Source of the DNA: the human T2T-CHM13v2.0 reference genome, Homo sapiens
Direction: 5' to 3' (one strand)
Assembly: GCF_009914755.1 (NCBI RefSeq)
Contig: NC_060935.1
Length of the DNA: 64,000 bases
Every line of letters starts with the position of its first letter. Position 1 is the first letter of the stretch. Shown here one piece after another: positions 1 to 14,242 of this stretch. The position numbers and the translations under genes are program-made. Under the pieces are notes generated by a model. It made no database searches. It had not been told where the DNA came from and saw only the letters and a program-made list of their open reading frames with translations.

Positions 1-88
1 GAGGAGTAAGGCAGGGGAAATATGAAGGCATGAGAGCTGGGTGGAAAGGAGGAGTAAGGCAGGGGAAATATGAAGACATGAGAGCTAG
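1..88. repeat. Tandem repeat, 48-bp period (2 partial copies, probably continues left of the window)
   Basis: gaggagtaaggcaggggaaatatgaag(g/a)catgagagct at 1 and 49. Confidence 0.8.
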
Positions 89-1564
89 AGGGGGCGGCGG
101 GGCAGAGGTGCAGAAAGGGACACAGAAGGGTCTCAGCTGGGAAGAGGGAGAGGTAAGCTCTCTCCTGGCGGGTGGGGAATGGGGGGACATTGGGAGTCCT
201 GGTCCTCTGGGGGTTCTGCTCTGTGGTAAGCTAAGGGATTTCTGACAGCAAAGTAAACTGTGGTGTGCTGAGTTTACCCAGCTCCAATAAGCAGTGTTGG
301 AGTGTTTAATGTTTCCTTCCCACTGAATTGGTTGACAGGCACTGAACCGCAGCCAGCCCCTTGCTGTTTCTTGGGGAGGTAGTAGGTGGGGAGGTTAGTA
401 CAGGGCTGTCAGGAAAGCTGGCATCGCTGACCCCAACCCAGGATGCGGAGGCTTGGGTGGAAGCCGGGAAGTTCCCCTCACATAGGCCCGAAGTTCCCAT
501 CGAGGAGGAGAAGCCTGAAATACAAGTCACCTCCTTATCCCAACCATCCCAGCCCGGCTGGTGCGCACCAGCCCTCCTGCGCTCTGCAAAATACAGCCAT
601 TTATTTCTCTCGTCATGCTCAGCTTTATTAAATGCCTGCCTAAGGGGCTGCAGCCTCAAACAGCCATGCTTATGCGGATGGATGCAGAGGACAGACACAC
701 AGACCACAAAATAAATCAGGAAGACACCAGAGCTCAGCGCCCGAGTACAAAATAAACTATGCCTGGCAGGATGCCCAGCACGAGGTGCTGGCTTTGTGCT
801 AAGCAAGGATGAATGGGTTGAGGGATAGGGAAAAATGACTTTCTTTTCTCTCAATCCAAGGAGACTCCTGGGAAGAAACTAAAATGCACAAAGCTCTTAG
901 ATGGAATGGAAGAGAAAGTTCGGACAGAAGGGATCTCAGGGCGTGGAGTGGGCACGAGCACAGGGGAGGGGCAAGAGAAGCAGACGATGGTGCATCCAGA
1001 CAGCGAGTACGTGTAAAGGGCATGGAACAGCTCAGAAAAAGGACATGGGGAAGGTTGGAGTGGGCTTTGGGCATAGAGCTAGAAGCTGTCCAGGAACTGC
1101 AGCAGAGAGCCCTGAGCTACTACTGCATCCTCCCCATCCAACTAGCAGAGAATCGGAGGTACACTGTGGACCTATAGAGCAAGGGGAGGGGGCCAAGTGC
1201 TGGGGAAGTGGGAGGAGCCACAGTGGCACCGAGGAGCAGCCCAGGTGAATGACCAGGGCATGGGATGCCCATTAAGCAGTGAGCATGAAGAGGGAGGGGG
1301 AATGTGACAAGATTATCAAGGGGTGCACAGCAAGGTGGGGGAACTGCCTGGATGAAGACATCTTAAAATACAATAAAGAAATAAATAAGCCAGCAGGGGT
1401 CATTCATGGCTTGGGAGTGGGAGGATGAGCGAGTTTGAGGATACTGCTCAGAATCATGGTGGGGTGTGTAGGTATGTAAAGGTAACACTGCTGCTAAGAT
1501 CTTTATGCAATTTCAGTCATATTTTCTTGGATCTCAAGTCCTGCATTTCTACAAAAAATATTTA

Positions 1565-2005
<441 letters not shown>

Positions 2006-2096
2006 TCAGCTTTATCTGTTGTATTTGTTTATGCATTGTGTAAGATTTCTTTGAAAGAAAAGCCTACCATTGTAAGCCTGTAAAGGAATAGTTTGA

Positions 2097-2522
<426 letters not shown>

Positions 2523-2950
2523 TCAAATTCAAATCACCTGGGCTGTTGTCAAATCATTTGTTCTCATTCTTTTGTTCAAAGGAAAAATTATGACCAGCAT
2601 AAGGAATTGTAACTCTCCCCTCTTTTCATTTGGTCCAGGAATGGGAGACACACACACACCACAAGTTCTGCCATGCGTCCAGCTTGTGCCCACGACAGGC
2701 ACCATGAGTTAGTTATTAACGCTCTCTGAACAATGACAACAACACAGTCTTGGGGTCCTTCTAAACAGAGTGCCCAGGCAGTTACCCTCAATCTGGACAA
2801 ATTGGTACATTAGCTGAAACCTCTCTGCTAGCCCAGATTTGGTTGGCTGACTCCAAGAATGTCAGCTAAAAGGAATACCACTGTCCCTCCCCATCCCAAT
2901 ATCCTTCCTGGCTCCTGGATCTGTTGGACAAGGCACCTGTTATATATATA

Positions 2951-3492
2951 TTTTTTTTATTTTTTAATTTTACTTTAAGTTCTGGGATACATGTGCTGAA
3001 CATGCAGGTTTGTTACATAGGTATACATGTGCCATGGTGGTTTGCTGCACCTTTAAGCCCCGCATGCATTAGGTATTTGTCCTAATGCTCTCCCTCCCCT
3101 TTCCCCCCATCCCTGCCCCGACAGGCCCTGGTGTATGATGTTCCCCTCCCTGTGTCCATGTGTTCTCATTGTTCAACCCCCACTTATGAGTGAGAACATG
3201 CAGTGTTTGGTTTTCTGTTCCTTTGTTACTTTGCTGAGGATGATGGTTTCTAGATTCATCCATGTCCCTGCAAAGGACATGAACTCATCCTTTTTTATGG
3301 CTGCATAATATTCCATGGTGTATATGTGCCACATTTTCTTTCTCCAGTCTATCATTGATGGGCATTTGGGTTGGTTCCAACTCTTTGCTATTGTGAATAG
3401 TACTGTAATAAACATACGTGTGCATGTGTTTTTATAGTAGAATGATTTATACTCCTTTGGTTATATACCCAGTAATGGGATTGCTGGGTCAA
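2951..3492 (-). mobile_element. L1PA (about L1PA8) 3' fragment, 5'-truncated
   Basis: Poly-T, then the L1 3' UTR. The minus strand encodes the ORF2 C-terminus (WNQPKCPS...[15 protein letters not shown]...KHCMFSLISG). Confidence 0.93.
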
Positions 3493-4030
3493 GGATCTAG
3501 GACTAGCCATATTTTTAACAGGCCAAGTAGGCCTGGCCTTAAATAGGGGGGGTGTGGGGGGAGTGGGGGGATAAGGCCTTCAAACTTCTTGTTAGCTGCC
3601 TTGGCCCTAGAGAAAGAGGCTTACAACCTACAAAGAATAGGGCCATTCCTCACACCTTGCCATCCATGCAAGGTTCAGGGACTGCTACCATACACAACTC
3701 AGTTTGTATCTTCAGACCCTTCCCATCTGTTTATTCTCTAAAAATATATGTGAGAAAAAGATGCTCAGGAAAAACTGTAAAGGACTTTGAACTTGTTGAA
3801 AGGGGAAGTCTAAAAAGGGGTTGAGACAGAACTGGATTCCAAATCCAAAGCTGGGCTGGGAAAGAGGAACTCTCTGGAGGCATCCAGTGAGGGTTCAGGG
3901 AGAAGGAGGCACATCATGGCCCAGGAATGATCTGGGAGGGGCCACTGTCAATGAAACAAGGCAGAAAAGATTAAAAGACTTATGTGAATGCAGGGGAGGT
4001 AGGAGGGATATGAATTTGGTTGACGGTTAA

Positions 4031-4843
<813 letters not shown>

Positions 4844-5171
4844 AGAGACGGAATGTTACTATGTTGCCCAGGCTGGTCTTGAACTCCTGGTCTCAAGCGA
4901 TCCTCTCACTTCAGCCTCCCAAAGCACTGGGATTACAGGTGTGCCGGCCTCAACCTTTTAAACAAGCAGAATTACCTTTTCAGAAGAAATCTCCCTCAGA
5001 TCCCCAGGATATAAACTGGTAAAGGAGTTACTATAGTTTGATGTGGATTAGCAGCCCTCCCTACACCAGCTCTGCACCCACCCTAAGGACTGGGACTCAG
5101 AGAAGTACAGTTACTGCCTGAGGTCACCTGGCTAGGAAGTGGCTCAGCGGGGTTTAGAAATCACACGTGTT

Positions 5172-5510
<339 letters not shown>

Positions 5511-6716
5511 TCAGGAACAAGACACACCCACTGCTTTGCTCATCCCTGTGTACCCAGTGTCTGGGATGGGGTCTGGCACCCAGAAGGCTTTCATTTGGGT
5601 GTTTGTGGAAGGCTCCTTCCCCCGTAGCTGTCCTCGGCAGGGACTCAGCCTCGCGGGTCATCAGGCAGTCTCGGGGAAGTGTTCTGTGCCAGGGGTCTAC
5701 TTCAGCCCCCTGTTCTGGGTGCTGCCTTGAAGGCCAGTCCCTCTGGGATGTGTGTTGGGACGGGGATTGGGTGAGCACCCTGGGCCTTGGCAGGTGAGGT
5801 CATTCACCTCTCCTTCTCTGAGGGACTTCTGGAAACTTGAGGCATCCTCTGAGCAGCATCGTTCCTGCCCTTACTTGGTCAGGAAGCTGTGATGCAGCCC
5901 AGAGACCCCCTAGTCCTTTCCTCCCCCCACTCTCCTCTCTGTGTACCTTGAGCACAAACACTCGGAGAGCTCCTGGAGAGACGAGTTCCAGCAGGAAGCA
6001 GGGGGTGTCCTGGGGGCCCAGAGAGAGAAGGCCCTGTCGTCTGTGGGGGCCACAGGTCTCCACCCGTGCTCAGCCCCTTCCCTCACCTCCTCCCATCTTC
6101 CTCAGGATCCCGCTCCCCCACCCCCTCATCCCTCTGCACAGACCTGCCAAGTTTGGGACATGAGAACAGGCCAGGTCCCCTCTGGGGAGCCCGGGGTGGG
6201 CGGAGCCAGGCCTGGCTGGGCCTCCAGGTTGGCCTGCCCTGGCCCCTGGGTTTAATAAACTCCGAGAGAGGTTTTCAAAGGCCACTTGATCTTCCCCATC
6301 AGGCAGCCCCTGTCTCCCTTTCAGAGCCGCGGGACTGGAAAGAAAAAACCGCTCAATGAACAAGGCGGCCAGAGAAAGCCGAGCTGCGGGGCACCTTCTA
6401 TGAATTTCTGATGAGCCCACGGCCCTGACTCCTGGGTCCCGGCCCGGTGCAGTCAGGGATGTTAGTTTAAGTCATTTCGCACGGTTCACTGGCTCTCTGA
6501 GAGCAGCTTGTCTCCAGCCTGGGCCTCTCTAACAAGCTCTTTTTACTCAGGGCTTCTCTGAGCATAGACCTCAAACAATAGCAGCTTTCAAGGGGCTCGG
6601 CCCTCCTCTGGCGGCCTCCCTCTCCCAACCCCAGCCAAGCCCAGCCTCTATCGCTCACTGCCCACCTGAGCGCCCCCACCCACAGCCTGACCCGCAGCGG
6701 CATTCAGGGAAGACTC

Positions 6717-6790
6717 GCCCCTTCCTCCCTCCCTCCCTCCCTCCCTTCCTTTCCTCCCTCCCTCCCTCCCTACTGCCCCTGCCCTTTCTT
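6717..6790. repeat. (CCCT)n / pyrimidine-rich low-complexity tract
   Basis: cctccctccctccctccctcccttcctttcctccctccctccctccc. Confidence 0.85.
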
Positions 6791-7349
6791 GCTGTAAACA
6801 GGGCAGGAGTGCGCAGTGGGGCTCTCAGGAGCAGGCCACACTGCCACGCAACTCTAGAACACTGTGTGGATGGCACCCCCTGGGGTTGTGCAATGAAGAG
6901 CCCCCAGTAGAACGCAGCTCATTCCAACACTCTAAGCCTATTGGGCTCCTCAGCCCTCTTGAAACTGAGCAGTTTCCTCCTCCCTTTAGTCCAAGGAGGG
7001 AGCTGGCTTCCTCCACACTGCAGGCTGTCACCTGCCCCGCAGGACCCAGACCTGGTGGGGTTGATGGAGTTGCCTCCAAGAAGCGTGAAGCCGGCTCGGA
7101 GCACCTCTAGTGCCCAAGCCTGAGAGCGGACATTGGCGGCAGCGTCCCCCTGCAGAGGGACTCCCCAGACACCAGAGGGACCGTGGCTCTCATCAGTCCA
7201 GGCCTCTCTATCTTCCCCATTCCCACTGTTCTCCACTGTCCCCCCTGTTCCTCAGAGCAGTGATGAGACAACTTCCAGTCCTCCCTACCTGCCTCTGGCC
7301 TTCTTGCTCGCTAAGGGGTCTTAGGAAGAGACTCCTGGGAAGAGGTTCA

Positions 7350-7500
7350 TTAATCAGCAGATGAGTCATTTACATGTTTAGACTAGACCTCTGGCCAAAG
7401 CAAACAAACAAACAAAGTTCATATTGAGACAAGTCAATATTTGACTTAATGAGAGTGCCTTGCCAGTTGAATGCTTTGATGGTGACCTTTGACCTGGGAG
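7350..7500. promoter_or_regulatory. Candidate enhancer (AP-1, FOX, HNF4-like, TCF/LEF, perfect DR1)
   Basis: TGAGTCA 7362-7368; CAAAGTTCA 7413-7421; AAGTCAAtatTTGACTT 7431-7447; CTTTGAT 7474-7480; TGACCTTTGACCT 7483-7495. Confidence 0.5.
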
Positions 7501-7917
7501 CTTTGGAAGGCATTTGAGCTGCAGTCCCATGGACACTGCACTTTGGGAGGGGCTCCAGCCCCACTCCTACAGCACCTGCCAGCAATTAAGTTTCCCTCCC
7601 CAGGGATCTAGGCCCTGCCTCTGGGGCCATGGGGTCTCTCACCTTTCAGGAGTCCCAGGCAGCCCAGGACTTCTTTCTTTCTGGAAGCTGCTAGAGAAAG
7701 CCCAGTTTCATGTCCCCTTTGCAAACCCCCCCACGCTAATAACTCACCTTCTTCAGGAAGTGAAGTCTGATCAGAGACAGCCTGGCAAGAGGAAAGAATG
7801 AGAAATTGGGGACAGGACCCCGATCCCAGCTATACCTTCAACCCCTGTTTGCTGTCTGACTTTGGTGAACATTCCTGTTCTCCAGCCTGAATTCCTCATG
7901 ACAGTGTGGGGACTGGA

Positions 7918-8255
7918 TTTCTTTCTTTCTTTTCTTTTCTTTCTTTCTTTTCTTTCTTTCTCTCCCTTTATTTCTTTTTTTTGGACAGAGTCTCAAAGAG
8001 CAGAGTCTAAAGTGCAGTGGCTTGATCTCGGATCACTGCAGGCTTGACTCAGGCTCAGGCAATCCTCCCACCTCAGTCTCTCGAGTAGCTGGAACCACAG
8101 GCACACACCACCACACTCAGCTAATTTTGAATTTTTTGTAGAGATAGGGTTTTGCCATGTTGGCCAGGCTGGTCTCAGACTCCTGGTCTCAAGTGATCCA
8201 CCTGCCTAAGCCTTCCAAATGCTGGGATTATAGGTGTGAGCCACCACTTCTGGCC
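7918..8255 (-). mobile_element. AluJ with (TTTC)n tail
   Basis: Diverged Alu, reverse orientation. Confidence 0.88.
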
Positions 8256-8256
8256 C

Positions 8257-8444
8257 CATGTTTCTCAAGAGTTTAGTTCCCACTTGTCCAGTTTCAGAAT
8301 CCCCTGGAGGTCTCGTCAAAAATGCAGACTTCAAGTCCCCTCCCCAGACCCGCCACTAAAGCAGAATTTCTGGGGGTAAAGCACAGTCTGCATTTGAACA
8401 TGTCCCCAGGTGAGTTTTAGGCCCACCAGAATTGAGAACCACTG
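8257..8444. mobile_element. MER5A/B-like hAT-Charlie MITE
   Basis: tttctcaa...cagaatcccctggag...aaaaatgcagac...tctgcatttgaaca...ttgagaaccactg, with terminal inverted ends. Confidence 0.75.
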
Positions 8445-8520
8445 TCCTAGTTGGTCCCAAACTACAGCTTTAGCTGAAAATCTGCCTAGGTGCTCAGTCT
8501 GAAGTCACTTTAGCCCTATT

Positions 8521-8695
8521 CAGGGCTGGATTTTCCAGGAAGCTAATGGCTTTTGCACAGGATCCTTGCAAGGCCCTGGGAGGAATCCTGGTACATTTGT
8601 GTTCATACTTGTGAATTCTTTTACTTAAAAAGAGTTCCCACCACCACCACCAAATTGTAAAAGCTCAGACCCCGCCAAGCCTGGCTTTGCTCCTG
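8521..8695 (+). mobile_element. Arthur1A/MER69-like hAT-Tip100 element
   Basis: cagggctggattt...gaagctaatg...aaggccctgggagg...aaattgtaaaagctcagacccc...cctg resembles the remembered Arthur1 ends. Confidence 0.6.
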
Positions 8696-9069
8696 GTTGA
8701 ACAGTTGATTGGTGATTTTGTATTGAGTCTGAAGTTTTGCCACAACTCTCCCCTCTGATAAGTTCACCTTCAGTTTCTCTTGCATTCCGTATCCTTGTAG
8801 AGTCTATATTCTTTGCACAGTGAGAGCCATAATATTATCTCTAACTATCACTTCTACTGAAATCCCAGGGGTCAAATTTCAGTGACCCATTATGGCCAGA
8901 GGTAGAAATAATTCCAGAAACAGAAAAGTGTCCCAGGCTGGCTGCTGCCCCCAAACCCAGACTCTATTCACCAAAAGAGGTTTATTCCCAGGTGTTGGGA
9001 CAGGTCAGACCAGGCCAGGTCAAGAAAGTCGGGCCCCAGTGTTTAAGCCAATTGGCCATTCTTCACATC

Positions 9070-9215
9070 AAACCAGATTTAAATTCAAATCTTGACTTGG
9101 CCTCTTATCAGCTGAGCGATGCTAGAACCTCAGACTCCTCTGGCATGAAGAGGTGAGGATCCAGGCTGTGGCGAAGGTTGCAGGGACAGTAGATGTAAAA
9201 GCACAGTTGTAAAAT
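9070..9215 (+). mobile_element. MIR fragment
   Basis: ttcaaatcttgacttggcctcttatcagctg...gatgtaaaagcac. Confidence 0.55.
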
Positions 9216-11539
9216 ATTGCTCATTGGGCAATATGGAAGCGAGGGGCCTTGACACCATCAGTGATCTAGAGTGTGCATGGACTGTGCCAAATCCTTCCAG
9301 TGCAGCTGTGTTGCAGAGAGGCGACCAAGGCCCCCTACTGACCATACTGTCAGGGGTAGGAGTCCTGCCAGCACCCCTCATCACAGGGACTAAACAGTAC
9401 CCTGGCATGCACTGCACTCCCTTCCCTCTTTAGTGTGGGCCACAGAGCTGGGCAGGGAAGTAGACGGCGGGGGCAGGACAGGATGTGGGTGGAGAACCTC
9501 TCTGCTCCCCTGACCCCCTGCAGCCCTTGGCAACTCAGGGGGACAGGGAGAGGGAGGAGGAGGAGAGGAGGAGGAAACCACATCTGGTCTGAGTGAGGCT
9601 CATAGCCAGGAGAGCAGGGCCCTGAGCTGGGAGGAGAGGAAGCAGGGAGGGCTGGCATGGGCCTTGGCCAGTCCAGGAGAGCAGAGGGAAAGTAGTTGGT
9701 GTTCGGGGAAAGCAAATAAATAGAGGGGTTGAGACGATAATAATAAAGAGAAGAGCCATTAAAGTGAAGAATAGAGATTGTGTCACACCCAAGACAAACA
9801 GAAAATAAACAGCCAGTAGATCCCCTCCGCAGATGTTTGGCACTGAGTGAAGACAGATTAAAGATGCGTGGAAGATGCCTAAGTCAACCAAGCCTCTACC
9901 AGCAGCAGCTGGAGAGCAGGTGGATGGAAGCCTCCGCCAGAGAGGTCTTTGCGGCTGAAGGGAGCCAGCCCCAGAGACCACGGCACCCTCCGGAAGCCGG
10001 CACCTGCAAGCGTGGGATGGGAGGAGAGGGAGATGCCGTCCCTCCCCGGACAGGGCTGGTCCCTCTGTTGGTGCAGTCCCCTTGGCCTCCTGCAGGACCA
10101 CGTCCCCCAGCACCCAGGTGGAGTAGGTTCTTCAAGTGGCCTCATAGACATCCTGCCCCTTTGCTGCTTTGCCACCAGGCCCATTTCAATGACTCTTCAA
10201 GGACCCGGTCTTTTTTTCTTCTTGGCATCTGGCTTCTGAGCTGACCTTTGTCCTGTCCCAGTGAGAGGGTGGGGGAGCTCAGCATCGGGGGTACTGCACC
10301 CCCATTGACTCAGTCTTCTACTCTGGGTGTCTGGCACCACAACAGACGCCTTGGGGGTTACAAAGATGAATAAGACACCATTCCTTCTCCAAAGGTACTT
10401 ATGATCTGGGATAAAGGAAACTCAAATTTTCTGAGTGTCCATTCCATAATACCTCTCTGCCCGGTGCCTTCAAATGGTCTACCTTATTTATTCTTCAAAA
10501 TAACCCTGTTCGTAGGAATTATCCCTTCATTATTCCTAACCAGGAGGAGGCTGAGGACCAGAGAGATTTGGTGCTGTTTCTATGGTTGCAAAGCTAGGAA
10601 AGGATGATCTGGTACTCAACCCAAAGTCTAGTGCTCTTTCTCTGAACCCGTAAACAACCATAAGGTGAAGCAGAATTTGACAACAACCAAAGAAAAGCAC
10701 GTGCTCTTAAAAGATACAAGAAAGAGTTCTCCTGTCTCGCATCCACCCCTGCCCCCTTAATGAGAACCAAACTTCATCTTTCTGTTCTGTGCGCCAGCAG
10801 GGAGGAGCCGGCACATCCCATGCCCAGCTGGGGCCAAGCGCCTGCAGGTGTCTGAGGAATGCTAATGGCCGTGAATTGGGGGAGGGTGTGCACAGGCTCT
10901 TCTGCAGCATTTGCTTCCCATTAAGCCCATTCCTCTCCAGACCCTCCTGCCCGCTCCAGCAACATGCAGCTTTCATGAGCCAATTACCATGCCCAGGTTT
11001 TTCTGTTCCTCTGAAGCCACTGACACTGCTAACCAGGCACAGATGCAGTAGGGCATGCCCCTGCTGTCCACTTCAGAGCAGGGTTTTTCTTTGCCCCAAG
11101 GACCACAGGTAGAGGGAGGAAGGTTGGATAGTCCAATTTCAACTCAGCCCCCAACAGGAAGGGGAGGCCTCAAAGGGCAATTTGTTGATTACGAGTGGTT
11201 TTTCGAGTGGAATAGGATCAGCTGGGTGACTTGTGCCTAGCCAGGACTGAAGAGTCATGGACAGGGCAGGGGACCCAACTGGGAAGAACAGAGACTAGGT
11301 TTGAAATAAATGTGCAGGCCAGGAGAGCTTCCCCTGAAACCTTTAGTTTACAAATAGGTATCCAGAGTCTTAAGAGTAACTTAATTCAAAACGAATTGCA
11401 TTAAAACCTACTTAGAAACTAATCAGAGAGCCTGAAACCTCATATTTTCTTCCTATTTCTTAAATCTCATCAGCCTTACCATATTTTCAACCTCTTAAAA
11501 TTTTCTTTGACCTTCAAGTCTCAGTTTTCCATGGACTTT

Positions 11540-12760
11540 CACAGATATTCCTGGACAAATTTAACCTCTCCTTTCTCCTTAATCCCTCCACACACTGGCT
11601 GTATTTCCTTGAATCCAGTTTCACTCTACCATATCTCTGTGGGTTTATTCTTATGTATTTTCCCCCAGAAATCCCAATGTTTCTTTAATCTGAGGACAGT
11701 GTCCTTTCATCAGTTCTGGAAAATTGAACGTTGCCATGTCCCTTTCTCTATATTCTTCTCCTGTGCAACTCCCTGTAAAGGTAATTTGGATCCTCTCATT
11801 TTATCCTCTATGCCTTTTTGGCTTCTCCTCCACATTTTTTCTCTCTCCTGTTTCCATGCTACATTTGTTGTAATTTCCTCTGATCTATCTTTCAGTTCAT
11901 TAATTCTCTGCTCAGCTTCATCTAATCTGCTGTCTGACACATCTATTGAGCTTTTAATTCAATGACTATATTTTTTATTTCTAGAAAGTTCTTGTTTTTT
12001 AACAAATTTGCCTGTTTCTTCCAAAATATCCTATATTTTCTTTATGTTTCTATGTTTTCACCTTTTTAATCATTTTAAACATAGTTATTTTAAAGTCTCT
12101 TTCAGATTGTTACATTGTTTTATTTATTGGAATGCTAAACTAGTTTGATATGTTTGCTGACTTTCTCTAATAGTATATCATTTCCTGATGTGGGTTTGTA
12201 ATTTTTTTATTGTTTGGGCAACTTCAAAGGGGATCAGATTTTGCTGTGAAATGCTGTTGCTCTGGGGCACATTCCTCCTGAATAGCTGTGTATTTCCTTC
12301 TCTTGATACACCATGAGTTTTACTGGTCTGGGATCTATTTTTATATTAATTTCTCAGCTTGGGAATTCCAGCAGTGGAAATTCAGACACTGTAGTCACAT
12401 ATGGTTCAGGCCTGCAGCTTCTATTTCTCACAGAAGACTTTTTTCTATTTAGAGTCCCAGTCAGGATAAGATTAACTGTCCCTACCCTAAGCCTGTGATT
12501 GGTATTTTTTTGATCCTGGTTTGTCTGAGGTTATATCTCTTACAGGGTCCCAGTCTTTGCATAGGTCTCAATTTTAGCTATCTTCCTCTTATAAACTAGA
12601 GATCATGTCACCTGCCCCCAGGGCAGCATCAAAACCATAATGCCTAGCACCTAGAGCTACATCCATCCTGATGTCCCTCATGGAATAGCACCATGGCTTC
12701 AGCTGGTGGAGCTCACGACTCAGACTTTACGTTCTATGTTTACTTAGTGGTAATTTTTTC
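11540..12760 (-). mobile_element. Ancient L1 (L1M/HAL1-type) 5'/ORF1 relic
   Basis: The minus strand at 11710-11940 translates SRLDEAEQRINELKDRSEEIT..., typical of the L1 ORF1p coiled coil. The + strand is strongly T-rich. Confidence 0.75.
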
Positions 12761-13011
12761 ACTGTGCTTTCCATTCCAGGTCATGAATGTCAAGCACTTT
12801 TTTTCTCCTACAGTGCCTAGCATGGTGCTCTGTAATGAGCCTTCTTATTTAGCCATTCACATACTCGACATCCTTAGACCCAAACAGGACTCCTTTATAC
12901 GTGCAGAATCCAGAAGCCAGCAAGGGCATGAGGCATGATGGAAGGAGGGGTTGCAAGCACAGGGAAGAGGAGAAACAGCAGCAGTGAGCACGTGCCTGGA
13001 GCAGGATGCTC

Positions 13012-13122
13012 CCCTGCTCTCCCTGGAGCTTGTTTCTTTCCTAGGACCTAATGCAGGTCATAAGGAGAGATCTGGACCAAGAACTGGACCTCCTTTAGTC
13101 TAATCTCAGGCATGTATGAGCT
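13012..13122 (+). repeat. Local duplication, copy A (111 bp)
   Basis: Ungapped 98/111 match to 14243-14353. Confidence 0.9.
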
Positions 13123-14242
13123 GAGTGAACTGGGAAGTCACTTCGTCTTTCTTGAGTATCTGTAAAATGGAGATGAGGGGTTGGCCTGGGTGCTGTCCAA
13201 GATCCCTTCCAGGTCTCACAGCCTTTGGAGCTGCAAGTGAAGAACATGAACTGGACATAATGGGCTGGGCTCTCGCCCAGATGTCCGCCACCTTTTCCCC
13301 ACCCCAGATCACCCACTGGAGTTTCTAGCTCTCCCGTGCCGCTCCTTCCTCTAGCACCCAGGTCTCTCCTTTCCACCCAGCCTCCTTTCACCATTCCCTG
13401 CTGTCCCTTCACATCTACTCCCTACTGAGGCCTTTGTCCTGTGTCTGTATCTTATGAAAGGAGGGTGACACTGTGGTGGCAATTAGTATCCCCTACAGTG
13501 GTGGGGGATGAGTCTCATGGGGCATCAGAAGGGAAGGGCAGGTGAACAGCAACCCAGTACCTAGCTGTGCAGAAGCCCCATCTGCTTCTAGCTTCAGGGT
13601 TTCCCAAGCCTTGGACTGGAGACCCTGCATCTTAATGAGCCTCTTGAGCCGGTTCAGAAACAATGAATCAAAACCAGCTGGAAGCTGCCCTCCGACCCAG
13701 CTAATGACTTGTTTATTGTCAGAGCAGCAGTGCGTCATATAAGGGAATTTCAAAGTGTCACTAATTGGCAGAGCGCCAGTAAATAGCACCATATAAATCT
13801 GAAGACACTTCCACTAGGGCTGAGGACTGTGGAAGATACAGCTGAGGCAGGGGAAGAGGAGATTGCAGGGCGTGGCAGTGGGTGCAAAGCGCACCCACTT
13901 GTCAATGGCTGCAGCCTCTTCCCTGTATCTCTACCATCCCATGGGGACTGTGTTTGCTCCGTGACTAGGGAAGAAAGCCCTGTGATGGGCCCTGTCCCAC
14001 CTCTGATGACATTGTACTGCACACCTCCAACCCCAAGATGCCTCGCTTCCTGCCGTACTATGGGGGACGCAGCTTGTAGCACTGTATTATGGGAAAAGGT
14101 GTCCTCTTGCTGAGGAAAGGACTCATGATCTCATCCGAGTCGGGTGAGTACATCTGTAAACATAAAGTCCCTTCTATGCATTACACAGAAATGTTCTGCT
14201 AACTGAAGAACTGCAGTGAGACCCTTACTCCAGTGGGCCCTT

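Noticed and set aside
306-854. 182-aa minus-strand ORF and overlapping 117-aa plus-strand ORF
   Set aside because: No recognisable domain or supported exon structure; consistent with chance ORFs
9535-10244. Overlapping 192-aa (-) and 154-aa (+) ORFs, one with a hydrophobic stretch
   Set aside because: The hydrophobic run comes from an A-rich low-complexity patch read antisense; no family similarity
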